A stretch of 35,025 bases of DNA from a virus (IMGVR_UViG_3300044709_000203:1-35025); one strand, 5' to 3'. Counted from the first letter of the stretch, positions 16,727 to 25,647 are shown. Made by a program: numbers and translations. Notes: generated by a model from the letters alone, not told the origin.

Positions 16727-17089
16727 TCACTGTCTCCCCCACCCGCTCTGTTCGAGTGCTGTCCGCCGTGAGTGGTGCGGCTTGCACTTCGGTCTCAAGT
16801 TGCTGTCCGCATGAATCTGCTTCCACGACCAGCCACGACGTCGCGCGTCCTTCACCGTCACGATGTGGTCAGCTTCGGTTGCTGGTGCGGGACATTCATC
16901 ACAGGTCGGATGCGCTGCGAGAAATTCGGCGCGTCGCTCCGGCCAATTCGTCGACGTGCCGTACCCACGCTGCGCGCTCGTTCCACGCGCGCGTTCTGCG
17001 CGGAGCTCGCACTCAACGCAGAGGCCTCGACGGATTGCTCGACCCGGACATCGTGGTGTACGACATGGACCTCGAGGAGCAAGCGGCAC
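16727..17089 (-). CDS. HNH endonuclease (terminase-associated)
   Basis: SAQRGYG..W..RR.EFLAAHPTCDEC...ADHIV...NLRPKCKPHHSRRT; start probably GTG 17089 by analogy with 360..752. Confidence 0.9.
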   Translation of the reverse strand: MPLAPRGPCRTPRCPGRAIRRGLCVECELRAERARGTSAQRGYGTSTNWPERRAEFLAAHPTCDECPAPATEADHIVTVKDARRRGWSWKQIHADSNLRPKCKPHHSRRTALEQSGWGRQ

Positions 17090-17264
17090 TGGTAATAAAA
17101 AGGTGGGGACCGTTCGACATGGCGCGGCGCTCAGTCGCAACCGAGCGAGCGATTGTTCGCAGGTCCCGTTAGCTCAGGGCCGAGGATCGCTGAGCCGGCG
17201 TGCGCGAGGAAGGGGGCTCCGGCCGAAATGGATCCTGTTCCCGCTCAATGACCGTTATTCCGTC

Positions 17265-17498
17265 TTACGTCGTCGTCGCCAAACGCTGCCGCACTTCGAA
17301 CTCTTCAATCACGGCAAGCTCGATGCGGCGCAGCCGCGGCGCTAACACGATCCACGGCAACGAGAATTTGTTCAGTGTTTTCAGATCGATGCGCCAGCGC
17401 GCGCACAGATCGCCAGGGGTGAGGAAATCAGGATCGGTGAGGCGCCGCTGCTGGCCGCTCGTATTCGGGCGCGTGGGATCGCGGCGATCGATGGGCAC
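17265..17498 (-). CDS. Small HTH DNA-binding protein
   Basis: FLTPGDLCARWRIDLKTL...RRIELAVIEEFE; start probably GTG 17498. Confidence 0.68.
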   Translation of the reverse strand: MPIDRRDPTRPNTSGQQRRLTDPDFLTPGDLCARWRIDLKTLNKFSLPWIVLAPRLRRIELAVIEEFEVRQRLATTT

Positions 17499-17672
17499 AC
17501 CCTTATGCCTTCTTGCAGTGATAGGCTGCTCGTGCGTCAGGAAAGCGCTCTTCGCTGCTTCGGGCGGGTTGGTCGCTGGGTTGATGCCATAGAGAAGTGG
17601 GTGACCAAGGCATCCGAAGCCGGCCCGCTCGAGCCCCACCATCGAAAGGCGATAGCGACCCAGCCGTGACGC

Positions 17673-18467
17673 TCATACTCGGTACGGCGTCATCGCCGCT
17701 TCGCAGGCCATCACACATTTGTTTCCGTGGCCGAGCGCCGTTTCGGCGAATCGAATATTGCGGACGTACTCGCTGAATTGCGACGGCGTCATCGCATGCG
17801 GTGCATCGGGATTCTGCGGGTCGGTGTCATCGAGTCGAAGATGCGCTTCGATGATGCGGGCGCCGGCGGCGACGGCCAGCGCACCGGTCCACGTCTCGAT
17901 CGGAGACGAATGGTCGGAGAATCCGTCCATCCCGTAGCCGATGATGACAGACAGGTTCAGCGATTCAACGGGAGCGGGATAGCTCGAAACGCAGTGCAGC
18001 CAGGACACGTCGCTGCTGACATCCGACCACTCATCTCTGAGCGCCCAGTATTCTCCATCCCCGATCATTCCCGTGCTGACTATGATCTCTCGATCATCGA
18101 ACGAACGGTGCGCATCCATCAGCGCGACATCGGCGGCCTCGAAGCTGGCCACCTTGAACCGACTCACGAACGGCGCGACGACCTCGACGTCCTCGGGCAA
18201 GTACGTCGTGCACATGAACTCGAGGCCCTGGTTGTCGCAGCGCGCCTTCAGCAGCGCGAGCGAGGCCTGCGGCAGTTGATACCGCCGATAGATCTCTCGA
18301 TATGCGTCGGCGTGTCGACGCTCAGCGAGTCGATCGGCAGAACTCCAAAACTGGAATTTCGCGACGTCGGCGCCGCACGACCTCGCGACGTTGATCAGAC
18401 GGATGGCCTGCAACGGTTCGCCATCGTGGCAGCTGCCGATCTCGGCGATCACCAACGTGCGGTTCAC
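17673..18467 (-). CDS. neuB: NeuB/PseI-family nonulosonic acid synthase
   Basis: VIAEIGSCHDG, GADVAKFQ, FKVASFE, IIVSTGM, LHCVSSYP, GFSDHS, GARIIEAH; no C-terminal SAF/AFP domain. Confidence 0.92.
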   Translation of the reverse strand: MNRTLVIAEIGSCHDGEPLQAIRLINVARSCGADVAKFQFWSSADRLAERRHADAYREIYRRYQLPQASLALLKARCDNQGLEFMCTTYLPEDVEVVAPFVSRFKVASFEAADVALMDAHRSFDDREIIVSTGMIGDGEYWALRDEWSDVSSDVSWLHCVSSYPAPVESLNLSVIIGYGMDGFSDHSSPIETWTGALAVAAGARIIEAHLRLDDTDPQNPDAPHAMTPSQFSEYVRNIRFAETALGHGNKCVMACEAAMTPYRV

Positions 18468-18850
18468 TTCCGGCCTCGCAGCTCGAAATTCGTGCCGCTC
18501 GTCTGTATGTAACCAATCCCGACGGCGCGAACATCGATGCGTAACGGGCCAGGCATCAGGCCGGGCATCGCGACTTGCCAGCCCGAACCGAAGTCGTATC
18601 GATCGATATCTCTGGTGGCCTGAATGTCCGTGATGATGGCGACCGCTTCGCCGCGATCGTTGTACAGAATCTCGCCGGTCGTCGACGGTCCGTTTCGCCA
18701 GCGCGGCGGTTCCTGAAGCAGCGTGACTGGTGCGTCCTTCACGAGCGGCGCCGCGAAGGCCTCGATCTCCTTCGGCGTCGCCGCGATAATCAACCCGGCC
18801 GACGTCACGCCACCGAACAACCCTTTGAGAAATCCTCGTCGTTCAATCAT
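18464..18850 (-). CDS. Twin-arginine signal-like protein
   Basis: MIERRGFLKGLFGGVTSAGLIIAA; ATGA overlap with the upstream gene. Confidence 0.65.
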   Translation of the reverse strand: MIERRGFLKGLFGGVTSAGLIIAATPKEIEAFAAPLVKDAPVTLLQEPPRWRNGPSTTGEILYNDRGEAVAIITDIQATRDIDRYDFGSGWQVAMPGLMPGPLRIDVRAVGIGYIQTSGTNFELRGRK

Positions 18851-19266
18851 GCGAGTTGTCCCACGAGTTGCCGACGCGACCAGTCGCGGCCGCAGGTCCG
18901 GCACTCGAACGTATCCGGCTTCGTCGAGCGCTTCAGCCGGCCGCCGCACGGTTCGGCGATGACCATCTTCTTCTTCTCGTTTTGGTAGATACGCTGATAC
19001 GGGCAGCGCGCGACGTAGCGAGATTTCAATGCTTCGAGGTTCGCCCAGTACGCGGCCAGGAACCGATCGAGCGATTCGCGTGCCGCCTTCCGCCTCGCGC
19101 GCATCGCGGCGAACGTCCATCGGGTCTTCGCGACGGCCGCGACGACCATCGCGGCGGCGGAGGGTGACAACACAGCCTCGCGCCGGCGCCGTTCAGCGCG
19201 TCGAGCAATTCGTCTGGCGCGGCGCCGATGTTGCGCCGGCGTGCGCGGTCCGGTCCGATACTGCAT
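18847..19266 (-). CDS. Hypothetical basic Zn-ribbon protein
   Basis: RCPY...PCGG...FECRTCGRDW; coupled to its neighbours. Confidence 0.55.
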   Translation of the reverse strand: MQYRTGPRTPAQHRRRARRIARRAERRRREAVLSPSAAAMVVAAVAKTRWTFAAMRARRKAARESLDRFLAAYWANLEALKSRYVARCPYQRIYQNEKKKMVIAEPCGGRLKRSTKPDTFECRTCGRDWSRRQLVGQLA

Positions 19267-20037
19267 CTACGGTTTCTCCCAAATCCACAGGCGGCCTTGC
19301 GCCCAGGGCCCGACGCTCGGCAGCTGCAGGGCCAACTGATTGATCCGGGCGTCGTAGCGCGGCGGCAGTCCTTCGTCGTGCGCCAGCGCGGCGTTCACGA
19401 CTCGACTGAGGAAGTAATAGGTCGACGAGAACGGGACGCAGCGCAGCAGCCGCAGACTCGTGACGTCGAAGAGCTCCGCATCCCGCAGGTACCGGTTGTG
19501 CCACGGCCGCTCGATCGGTTCGAGCCCGAGTTTCAGGCGTTCGACGTTGATCGCGTCCACACCGTCCTGGCTGTTCTCGCACATCAGGTATTGGCCGCCG
19601 CGCAGCAACCGGTCGGCGATCGTGTCGAGCGCCAAGCGCTGCTCCTCCCACGTCGTCAGATTGATCAGCATGCGCTGCGTGTAGATGAGATCGAACTGCA
19701 CGTCTGGGAGCGCGGCGACATCGCCGACCTCGAACTGGAGGTTGTGGCCGACGCCCTCGGTCCGGGCGGCCGCGATCATCGCGGCGGCGTTGTCGAGGGC
19801 GAGAAACTGCACGTCCGGCAACGCCATCGCGAGCTCGCGCGCCGTGTCGCCGCGGCCGCACCCGATCTCAAGGACATGCCTCAAGGGGTAGTCGTGCCAG
19901 AACGCGCCGCAGGCCTCCTGCAGCGCTTGACGCTCGAGCTGCTTGGCCAGCAGGTCCTGTGTCCCGGCGCGCTCACCCAGGGCGGCACGCTGGTTCCAAT
20001 GCGATCGGATCTGTTCGCGGGAGGTCGGACTCATCAA
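19267..20037 (-). CDS. Class I SAM-dependent methyltransferase
   Basis: VLEIGCGRG, LALDNAAAMI, FDLIYTQRMLINL, LLRGGQYLMCE. Confidence 0.88.
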   Translation of the reverse strand: MMSPTSREQIRSHWNQRAALGERAGTQDLLAKQLERQALQEACGAFWHDYPLRHVLEIGCGRGDTARELAMALPDVQFLALDNAAAMIAAARTEGVGHNLQFEVGDVAALPDVQFDLIYTQRMLINLTTWEEQRLALDTIADRLLRGGQYLMCENSQDGVDAINVERLKLGLEPIERPWHNRYLRDAELFDVTSLRLLRCVPFSSTYYFLSRVVNAALAHDEGLPPRYDARINQLALQLPSVGPWAQGRLWIWEKP

Positions 20038-20225
20038 CGTCCTTTGGCCAATCGACGTGACAGCGCTTGTACCTGCCGGTCGCTGGCGACGATCTTCTGC
20101 AAGATCTCTCGCGCCCGCTGGGGCGCGAGCTCGAATGCCAGCCGCATCAGGTCCATCCAGTGCCCGTTATTCCGCGCGCGGATCCGCTGAATCCGCGCGA
20201 TGAGGCGACGGTCACGAGTCGCCAC
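20034..20225 (-). CDS. Small helical hypothetical protein
   Basis: IQRIRARNNGHWMDLMRLAFELAP; GGAG RBS before GTG 20225. Confidence 0.62.
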   Translation of the reverse strand: MATRDRRLIARIQRIRARNNGHWMDLMRLAFELAPQRAREILQKIVASDRQVQALSRRLAKGR

Positions 20226-20424
20226 GCTGTCTCCGTTCGAGATCGTGCCGTAGCATCTGGACGCACGTCTCATTGATCCCTTTGTCGATCGCCTGCTCGA
20301 GGTTCATCGCGAGCCGTTCGATGCGTTCGCGCGCGGCGCTGCCGACCTGTGGATCGACCCGGCTCATGGCCAACCGCAGTCGATCGAGCTGCTCGAACAT
20401 CCGCCGCAACTCGCGCCAGGTCAA
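20212..20424 (-). CDS. Small helical hypothetical protein
   Basis: Fills the gap in the operon; TTG start. Confidence 0.5.
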   Translation of the reverse strand: MTWRELRRMFEQLDRLRLAMSRVDPQVGSAARERIERLAMNLEQAIDKGINETCVQMLRHDLERRQRGDS

Positions 20425-20425
20425 C

Positions 20426-21718
20426 TCACGCGACCCTTGGCAGCAGCCAGCGCTTCGTCGACAGATCCTCGAGCGCGCGGGCGTAGATGCGGCAGGCCTC
20501 TTCGAACGCGGACGCGGTCGCGTCCTGCTCTTCGGCGGTCCGTCGATAGCACGGACAAACCCACTGCGCCCACCAGACGCCGCGGCGGAACATCTCCTGC
20601 TGAAAGAGCTCGCGGAACGCCGGGTCCGGTAATCCCAACGGCCCGAGGTACTGAATCATTGGCCGGTTCGAGAAATCGCCGGTCACGCGGATGTGGCCGG
20701 CGATGCCGTGCGCGATCGTGGCGCTCCGGAGATCGGTGATGAGCTGCGCGCCGACCTCGTGCAAGCGGCCGATGACGTCGTGGTCCTGATAGAAGCGCAT
20801 AGTCGCGATCGCCGCAGCCATTCCGGACTGCTCGGCGCCGTTCGTCGTTGACAGTAAGAACACACCGTCCGTGCCAAAGCGCGCGAGATCACCACGCTCC
20901 ATGAATTCACGTGTGCCGAGCAGTGCGCTGACGCTGTGGCCGTTGGCCAGGCCTTTCCCGAGCGTCATCAGATCGGGCGTCACCCCGAAGAGCGCCTGCG
21001 CGCCATTGAGGTGGTACCGGAAACCGGTCACGACCTCGTCGAAGATCAACAACGTGCCGTGCTTTGTACAGAGCTCACGGGCGCGCTCGAGGAAACCCGG
21101 TTGCGGCCGTTCGGCGCGGCAGACCTCCATCAACAGGCACGCCGGTTTTTCTCTGATTCCCCATTCGTCGATGTGATCGGCGAAGACGTGCTCGAGGCCG
21201 TCGAAGTCGTTGTACGCAAATTGGTCGGCGTACGAACGTTCGATCTGCAACGTGCCGTGCGGATGCTGCGAGTGCGCGCCCCACCAATCCGCGCTCGAGA
21301 AGAACGGCGCCGAGGCATCGAACGCGATCCGCTGCCGGCCGGTCACAGCCCGCGCGAGCTTGATCGCGGCGTTGTTGGCGTCGCTGCCGTTCTTCGCGAA
21401 CTTCACCATGTCCATCGCCGGAAACAGCGAGAGGACCGCCTCGGCCGCTTTCGCCTCGAGGAGGCTCGCACCCGAGAGCGCCTGGCCATTGCTCATGGCC
21501 GCGGCCGCTTCCTGATCGATCGCCGACTCCGCGTGGCCGATGAGCACGTTGTTGATCCCCATCGCCCAATCGACGTACGCGCGACCGTCCGCGCCGAAGA
21601 TCTGGCCGCCGCGGCCGCCGGCGGCGAGCGGGGCGTTCGCGGGATAGCGATCCGCGCCCTTCGAATAGGTATGGCAGCCGCCTGGAATCAAATTGCGCGC
21701 GTGATCAGACATGAGCAT
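20426..21718 (-). CDS. Class-III PLP aminotransferase (glutamate-1-semialdehyde aminomutase-like), sugar-pathway associated
   Basis: IPGGCHTYSKG, KFAKNGSDA, LIFDEVVTGFR, DLMTLGKGLANG (PLP lysine). Confidence 0.9.
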   Translation of the reverse strand: MLMSDHARNLIPGGCHTYSKGADRYPANAPLAAGGRGGQIFGADGRAYVDWAMGINNVLIGHAESAIDQEAAAAMSNGQALSGASLLEAKAAEAVLSLFPAMDMVKFAKNGSDANNAAIKLARAVTGRQRIAFDASAPFFSSADWWGAHSQHPHGTLQIERSYADQFAYNDFDGLEHVFADHIDEWGIREKPACLLMEVCRAERPQPGFLERARELCTKHGTLLIFDEVVTGFRYHLNGAQALFGVTPDLMTLGKGLANGHSVSALLGTREFMERGDLARFGTDGVFLLSTTNGAEQSGMAAAIATMRFYQDHDVIGRLHEVGAQLITDLRSATIAHGIAGHIRVTGDFSNRPMIQYLGPLGLPDPAFRELFQQEMFRRGVWWAQWVCPCYRRTAEEQDATASAFEEACRIYARALEDLSTKRWLLPRVA

Positions 21719-21891
21719 CAGAGTCGGCTTCCCAGAAATGTTTCGGAATCGAGGTTGTTGACGCGGCAAAACCGGTCCCACTCGAATCTGCCGGACTCGT
21801 CCGGCGCGGGCGGCCGCTCATCAAAGTCCACGCGCGGCGCGCGTGTCACCTTCTGCAGACGGCCGACTTCCTGGTCAGAAGGGTGAGGCAT
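21718..21891 (-). CDS. Small hypothetical protein (57 aa)
   Basis: MPHPSDQEVGRLQKVTRAPRVDF...EWDRFCRVNNLDSETFLGSRL; GGAGG RBS; TGATG coupling. Confidence 0.5.
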   Translation of the reverse strand: MPHPSDQEVGRLQKVTRAPRVDFDERPPAPDESGRFEWDRFCRVNNLDSETFLGSRL

Positions 21892-22609
21892 CGAGCGCCT
21901 CCTCCACCGCTTCGCATGACCACTCGCCGGCGCGGACCGCGGCCGCGAACGTGTCTTCGAATGAATACCGGCTGGGCTTCACGTGTCCGATGATTCGGCG
22001 CACGCGATTGAGTTCCTCTGCCGTGTCCACGCTCACCTTCGACAGCGCCGCGCCAAGGCCGACATGATTCGACGCGAAACCCGTGTGGCGCGCGCGGCGC
22101 CGGATGAACGGCGTCACGTGTTCGCGATCGTCATCGCCTTCGATCAGATCAGGCGACACGTGTCGATCGGCCTCGAATAACGCGCGGGCCGTAAAGGCCT
22201 CGACGTCCATGCCATCGGGCCACCCGCTGATACGCGTGTCGTTCCACGCGTACTCGCAACCATCACGGACGAAGGTCAGAACCTCTGTCGCGGCTTCTGG
22301 TGCGAGCAGCGGGCAATCGCCGGTGACGCGCACGACGATGTCCGCCTGGCAGGCCTCCGCCGCGAGCGCGAAGCGCCGTAGGACGTCGTGCTCAGGCCCG
22401 GCGTAGATCGTGACGCCGTACGACTCGAGGACCCGGCGTAGATCGCAATCGCGCTGCGGGATCGTGACGACGAGCTCGTCGACGCGCGGGATCGCCGCGG
22501 CGCGATCGAGGACGTGGTAAATCAGCGGCCGGCCGGCGATCGGCGCGAGGACCTTTTTCGGCAGTCGCGCGCTCGTGGAGCGTGCTTGGACGATGCAGAC
22601 GGTCTTCAG
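21875..22609 (-). CDS. SpsF-like / acylneuraminate cytidylyltransferase (CMP-nonulosonate synthetase)
   Basis: IVQARSTSARLPKKVL, G.E.DVL.RF, VRVTGDCPL, PDGMDVE, REHVTPFI, VSVDT.EE. Confidence 0.9.
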   Translation of the reverse strand: MKTVCIVQARSTSARLPKKVLAPIAGRPLIYHVLDRAAAIPRVDELVVTIPQRDCDLRRVLESYGVTIYAGPEHDVLRRFALAAEACQADIVVRVTGDCPLLAPEAATEVLTFVRDGCEYAWNDTRISGWPDGMDVEAFTARALFEADRHVSPDLIEGDDDREHVTPFIRRRARHTGFASNHVGLGAALSKVSVDTAEELNRVRRIIGHVKPSRYSFEDTFAAAVRAGEWSCEAVEEALDASPF

Positions 22610-23124
22610 AGTTTTTTCTCCTCGTGATACGACCAATCCGCCACTTGTTTGATCGGTATCACCCAGCCGCGCTGCGCGATGCCGACGTCGATGACGCATA
22701 CGCCGTACGCGTTGAATTCCTCGTGCATCGGGTCCCGGACGCCGGCGACGAGCTGCGCATCGGTCAAATCTTTCCGGTACACGAGCGAGAGCAGCGCCTG
22801 AGCGCGTTGGTCAAGGTTCGCGTGCAGATCGGCGAGCGTCAGGAGTGTTGTCGCGGCGTGGACGACCTGATACGTGATGATTAGCCCGACGACTTCCCCA
22901 TGCTGCAATTGCGGCGACGTCGTCATCGTTCGACGAGTGCCCATGACGAGCTCGAGCTCCTGAACAATCGGCCAGTACCAGTGCAGGCCCGGCCCCAGCG
23001 TCGCGACGCGACCGCGACGACCGAAGCGCACGCCGGTATGGGTCGCGCGAATCAGGACCGGACGCGGAATCCAGCGCCCGAGCCACTGCATCAGATCGTT
23101 GAGCCACGCCAGCGCCGCGGTCAC
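22606..23124 (-). CDS. SPFH/Band-7-like domain protein
   Basis: GVRFGRRG...LGPGLHWYWPIVQE...YGVCVIDV. Confidence 0.7.
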   Translation of the reverse strand: MTAALAWLNDLMQWLGRWIPRPVLIRATHTGVRFGRRGRVATLGPGLHWYWPIVQELELVMGTRRTMTTSPQLQHGEVVGLIITYQVVHAATTLLTLADLHANLDQRAQALLSLVYRKDLTDAQLVAGVRDPMHEEFNAYGVCVIDVGIAQRGWVIPIKQVADWSYHEEKKL

Positions 23125-23972
23125 GACAGGCTGCCCTCTCGAATGACGCGGTTCGGCGGAACTGTCGGCCGCGCCATCGCGGCCACCTGCGCGCAGACCT
23201 CAAGGACTGCGAGGCCGTCGGCGAGCGTGCACGCTGTCTGCTGACCGGACTGGACGCATGCGAGGAAGTGCTCGAGCTCGTCGAGGTACATCCCGACGCC
23301 GAGCTCCTCTGGCGAGAGAAAGGCCTGCTGATATCCCTTCGCCTCGTCGGCGATCGACCACTCGCGCAGATACGGCGCGCAGTTCTGCATCGACACCCAC
23401 CACGGCCCCAGCGCGATCGAGGCGCGATTGTCGGTCAAGGTCGCGTACGTCACCACCGGCTCTGCGCCGCACCACAGCGCGAGGTCGATCTCGTGCGAGA
23501 ACTCCAGCAGCATCGGTCCGTACGCCACGCCAGGCCACGTCGACATGTCGGCGGCGACCTGAAACCGGCCGCACATCGGCGACGGAATCGCCGCCTTCAT
23601 CGCCAGCGCCTTCGGATGAAAGCGGAGCATGTAGCCGACCTGGTTGACTGGGAGCGGCGCGGCCGCGAGCTCGCGCCAGCGCGAGAGCTGCTCGAGCGCG
23701 CCGAGCGGTTTCTCCACGAAGAACGGGATGCCGCGGCGCACCGCCTCTTCGACCCAGTACTGATGCAGGTTGTGGGGCGTGGCGATGACGTAGGCAGAGA
23801 ACGGTTCATCACCACCGAGGACGCCGAAGGTCCGCGCTGACGGATGTTCCTGCCTGGCGCGGTTCCTGGCCACGCTGCTCGGGTCATAGGCGTAGACGTC
23901 GCACCCGAGCTCGAGCAGGGTGCCGATATGGCGCCGCCCGATCGAGCCGCACCCGATCACCGCGATGCGCAT
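23121..23972 (-). CDS. Gfo/Idh/MocA-family oxidoreductase
   Basis: MRIAVIGCGSIGRRH, VIATPHNLH, FVEKPL, VGYMLRFHP, SHEID; true start ATG 23972. Confidence 0.9.
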   Translation of the reverse strand: MRIAVIGCGSIGRRHIGTLLELGCDVYAYDPSSVARNRARQEHPSARTFGVLGGDEPFSAYVIATPHNLHQYWVEEAVRRGIPFFVEKPLGALEQLSRWRELAAAPLPVNQVGYMLRFHPKALAMKAAIPSPMCGRFQVAADMSTWPGVAYGPMLLEFSHEIDLALWCGAEPVVTYATLTDNRASIALGPWWVSMQNCAPYLREWSIADEAKGYQQAFLSPEELGVGMYLDELEHFLACVQSGQQTACTLADGLAVLEVCAQVAAMARPTVPPNRVIREGSLS

Positions 23973-24931
23973 ACGTGCTCCACGACTTCGACCGGCAGCG
24001 GATCGACATCGCTGCTGTACCGGAAATCGCTGCCGACCTTCACCGCGCCCGCCGGCGGGGCGGGACTCCACCACTCGCCATGCTTCGGCAGGAGCACGTA
24101 GCTGTCGGGGAGCTCCCAGGCGTAGCGCACTTCGGTCGCGCTGATCATCGACTCGTGCGTTTTTTCGGGGCCGCGCATGCCCGTCTCGACGAGCTCGGAC
24201 GCCGGCGCGATCGCGCGCGCCAGGTCGACGACGCGTGCGCTGGGAATCTTCGGAATCCAGATCTCCGCGCCTCGCATGCGTCCGAGGACGGCGCCGACAA
24301 ATGCCACGGCGGACTGCGCATCCCACCAGAACCGGGTCGCCTCCAGGTCGGTGATCGCGAGCGGCTCCCCCGTCTGGCGCGCGCGGAGCAGTTGCTCGAG
24401 AAACGACCCCTGGCTGCCGAGCACGTTGCCGTAGCGCGCGACACTGATCCGGGTGCTGCCGGCGCCGCGCATCGCGTTCTGCCCGATGGCGGCCGCTTCC
24501 GCCGCCGCCTTCGTCGTCCCGTAGACGATTTCGGCGCTGCAGGCTTTGTCGCTCGAGATGACGAGGACTTTCCGAATGTCGGCGAGCATCGCTTCCGCGA
24601 CCACGTACCGAGTCCCGTCCACATTGGTCTTGATGGCCTCGTCGGCGTTTTGCTCGCAGCTGTCGATCCGTTTCAGCGCCGCGGCGTGGATGACGACGTC
24701 GGGCCTCGAGCGGAATGCCCACCGCAGGCGGTCGCGATCGCGGACGTCGCCGATCCAGCATTCGAGGCGTCCGTCGTTGACGGCGCGCTTCAGCTCCGCC
24801 TGGCGGTGTTCACCGCGCGACACCACGATGACGCGGGCGGCGCCGCCGGCGAGCGCGTCGCGCACGAAGGCCGTGCCGAACGTCCCGGAGCCGCCAGTGA
24901 CGAGGATCGTCTGTCCCGCGTAGTGGTTCAT
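23957..24931 (-). CDS. pseB: UDP-N-acetylglucosamine 4,6-dehydratase (PseB/FlaA1/CapD family)
   Basis: ILVTGGSGTFG, GDVRD, HAAALK, SSDKA, YGTTK, RYGNVLGS.GS, TRFW, G.RGPEK.HE. Confidence 0.88.
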   Translation of the reverse strand: MNHYAGQTILVTGGSGTFGTAFVRDALAGGAARVIVVSRGEHRQAELKRAVNDGRLECWIGDVRDRDRLRWAFRSRPDVVIHAAALKRIDSCEQNADEAIKTNVDGTRYVVAEAMLADIRKVLVISSDKACSAEIVYGTTKAAAEAAAIGQNAMRGAGSTRISVARYGNVLGSQGSFLEQLLRARQTGEPLAITDLEATRFWWDAQSAVAFVGAVLGRMRGAEIWIPKIPSARVVDLARAIAPASELVETGMRGPEKTHESMISATEVRYAWELPDSYVLLPKHGEWWSPAPPAGAVKVGSDFRYSSDVDPLPVEVVEHVCASR

Positions 24932-25134
24932 GTGGTGAGTCGATTCTCGAATCCGGCCAGCCACAACGCGCGGGCGGCTGCGAGCTCGCCGGCTTCCGCG
25001 AGGTCGTAGACCGCCTGGCTGACGGCGACGCCGTCGACGTAGAACAGACCGCCCGTGGTCCAGGACAACTCGCGAGGCGGCGTCAAGAGGAAGCCTTCGC
25101 GGAACGCCGTGATCGCGCGATCCCAATTGCTCAT
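24928..25134 (-). CDS. Hypothetical protein
   Basis: MSNWDRAITAFREG...; ATGA-coupled to pseB. Confidence 0.55.
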   Translation of the reverse strand: MSNWDRAITAFREGFLLTPPRELSWTTGGLFYVDGVAVSQAVYDLAEAGELAAARALWLAGFENRLTT

Positions 25135-25229
25135 GTCGTTGACGACGACGGCGCAGGCATCGTCACGGTGTGGCGGCCGTCCGGCACGCCCGCGACCACG
25201 ATCAGGACCTGCAGCTCGAGCCCATTCAT

Positions 25230-25406
25230 TCAGAGGATCCCCTGCAGCTGGATCCCGAGGACGAGGCCGACCACAAACGCGACCAGCAGCCACCAGCCCC
25301 ACGGCGACCAGGGCGGCACCGACGCCGCGATCTGTGAGCGATAGTCGCGGAGCCCACGTTCATCGGTGAAGGGCACGATGCCGACGGCGATGCTGTCATT
25401 CCCCAC
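25230..25406 (-). CDS. Small membrane protein (58 aa)
   Basis: Not in the track: MGNDSIAVG...PWGWWLLVAFVVGLVLGIQLQGIL. Confidence 0.5.
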   Translation of the reverse strand: MGNDSIAVGIVPFTDERGLRDYRSQIAASVPPWSPWGWWLLVAFVVGLVLGIQLQGIL

Positions 25407-25647
25407 GGGCCAGTTCCCAGTCGGGCAACCGCTTCCAGTTGATCGCCCGGAGGAATTCGATGAACTTGTCGAGATGAATGCGATGCTGACGCCGGCGGCC
25501 GACGGTCACCGTTTCGGCTTCGAGTCGCACGCGCGAATCACCCACGACGATCCCGGCGTCGATCGCGGTGCGAATCCAATTCGCCGAGAAGCCGAGATAC
25601 CGAGCGCAAGCTCGGGTCGTGAGCGGGGGCACAGACACGTCCGCCAT
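25396..25647 (-). CDS. HTH DNA-binding protein, paralog A
   Basis: PPLTTRACARYLGFSANWIRTAIDAG...RIHLDKFIEFL. Confidence 0.75.
   Translation of the reverse strand: MADVSVPPLTTRACARYLGFSANWIRTAIDAGIVVGDSRVRLEAETVTVGRRRQHRIHLDKFIEFLRAINWKRLPDWELARGE

Noticed and set aside
20426-21718. hemL / heme-biosynthesis auxiliary gene
   Set aside because: The context is nucleotide-sugar genes and there are no other tetrapyrrole genes; treated as a sugar aminotransferase.
23121-24761. 546-aa extended oxidoreductase as in the ORF track (similarly the 419-aa 7690..8949)
   Set aside because: The extensions overlap upstream genes in another frame; the family motifs start at internal ATGs (23972 and 8337).
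17673-24931. DNA hypermodification pathway
   Set aside because: No hydroxymethylase, nucleotide kinase or DNA polymerase in the window; the enzymes match CMP-nonulosonate synthesis, although this cannot be fully excluded.
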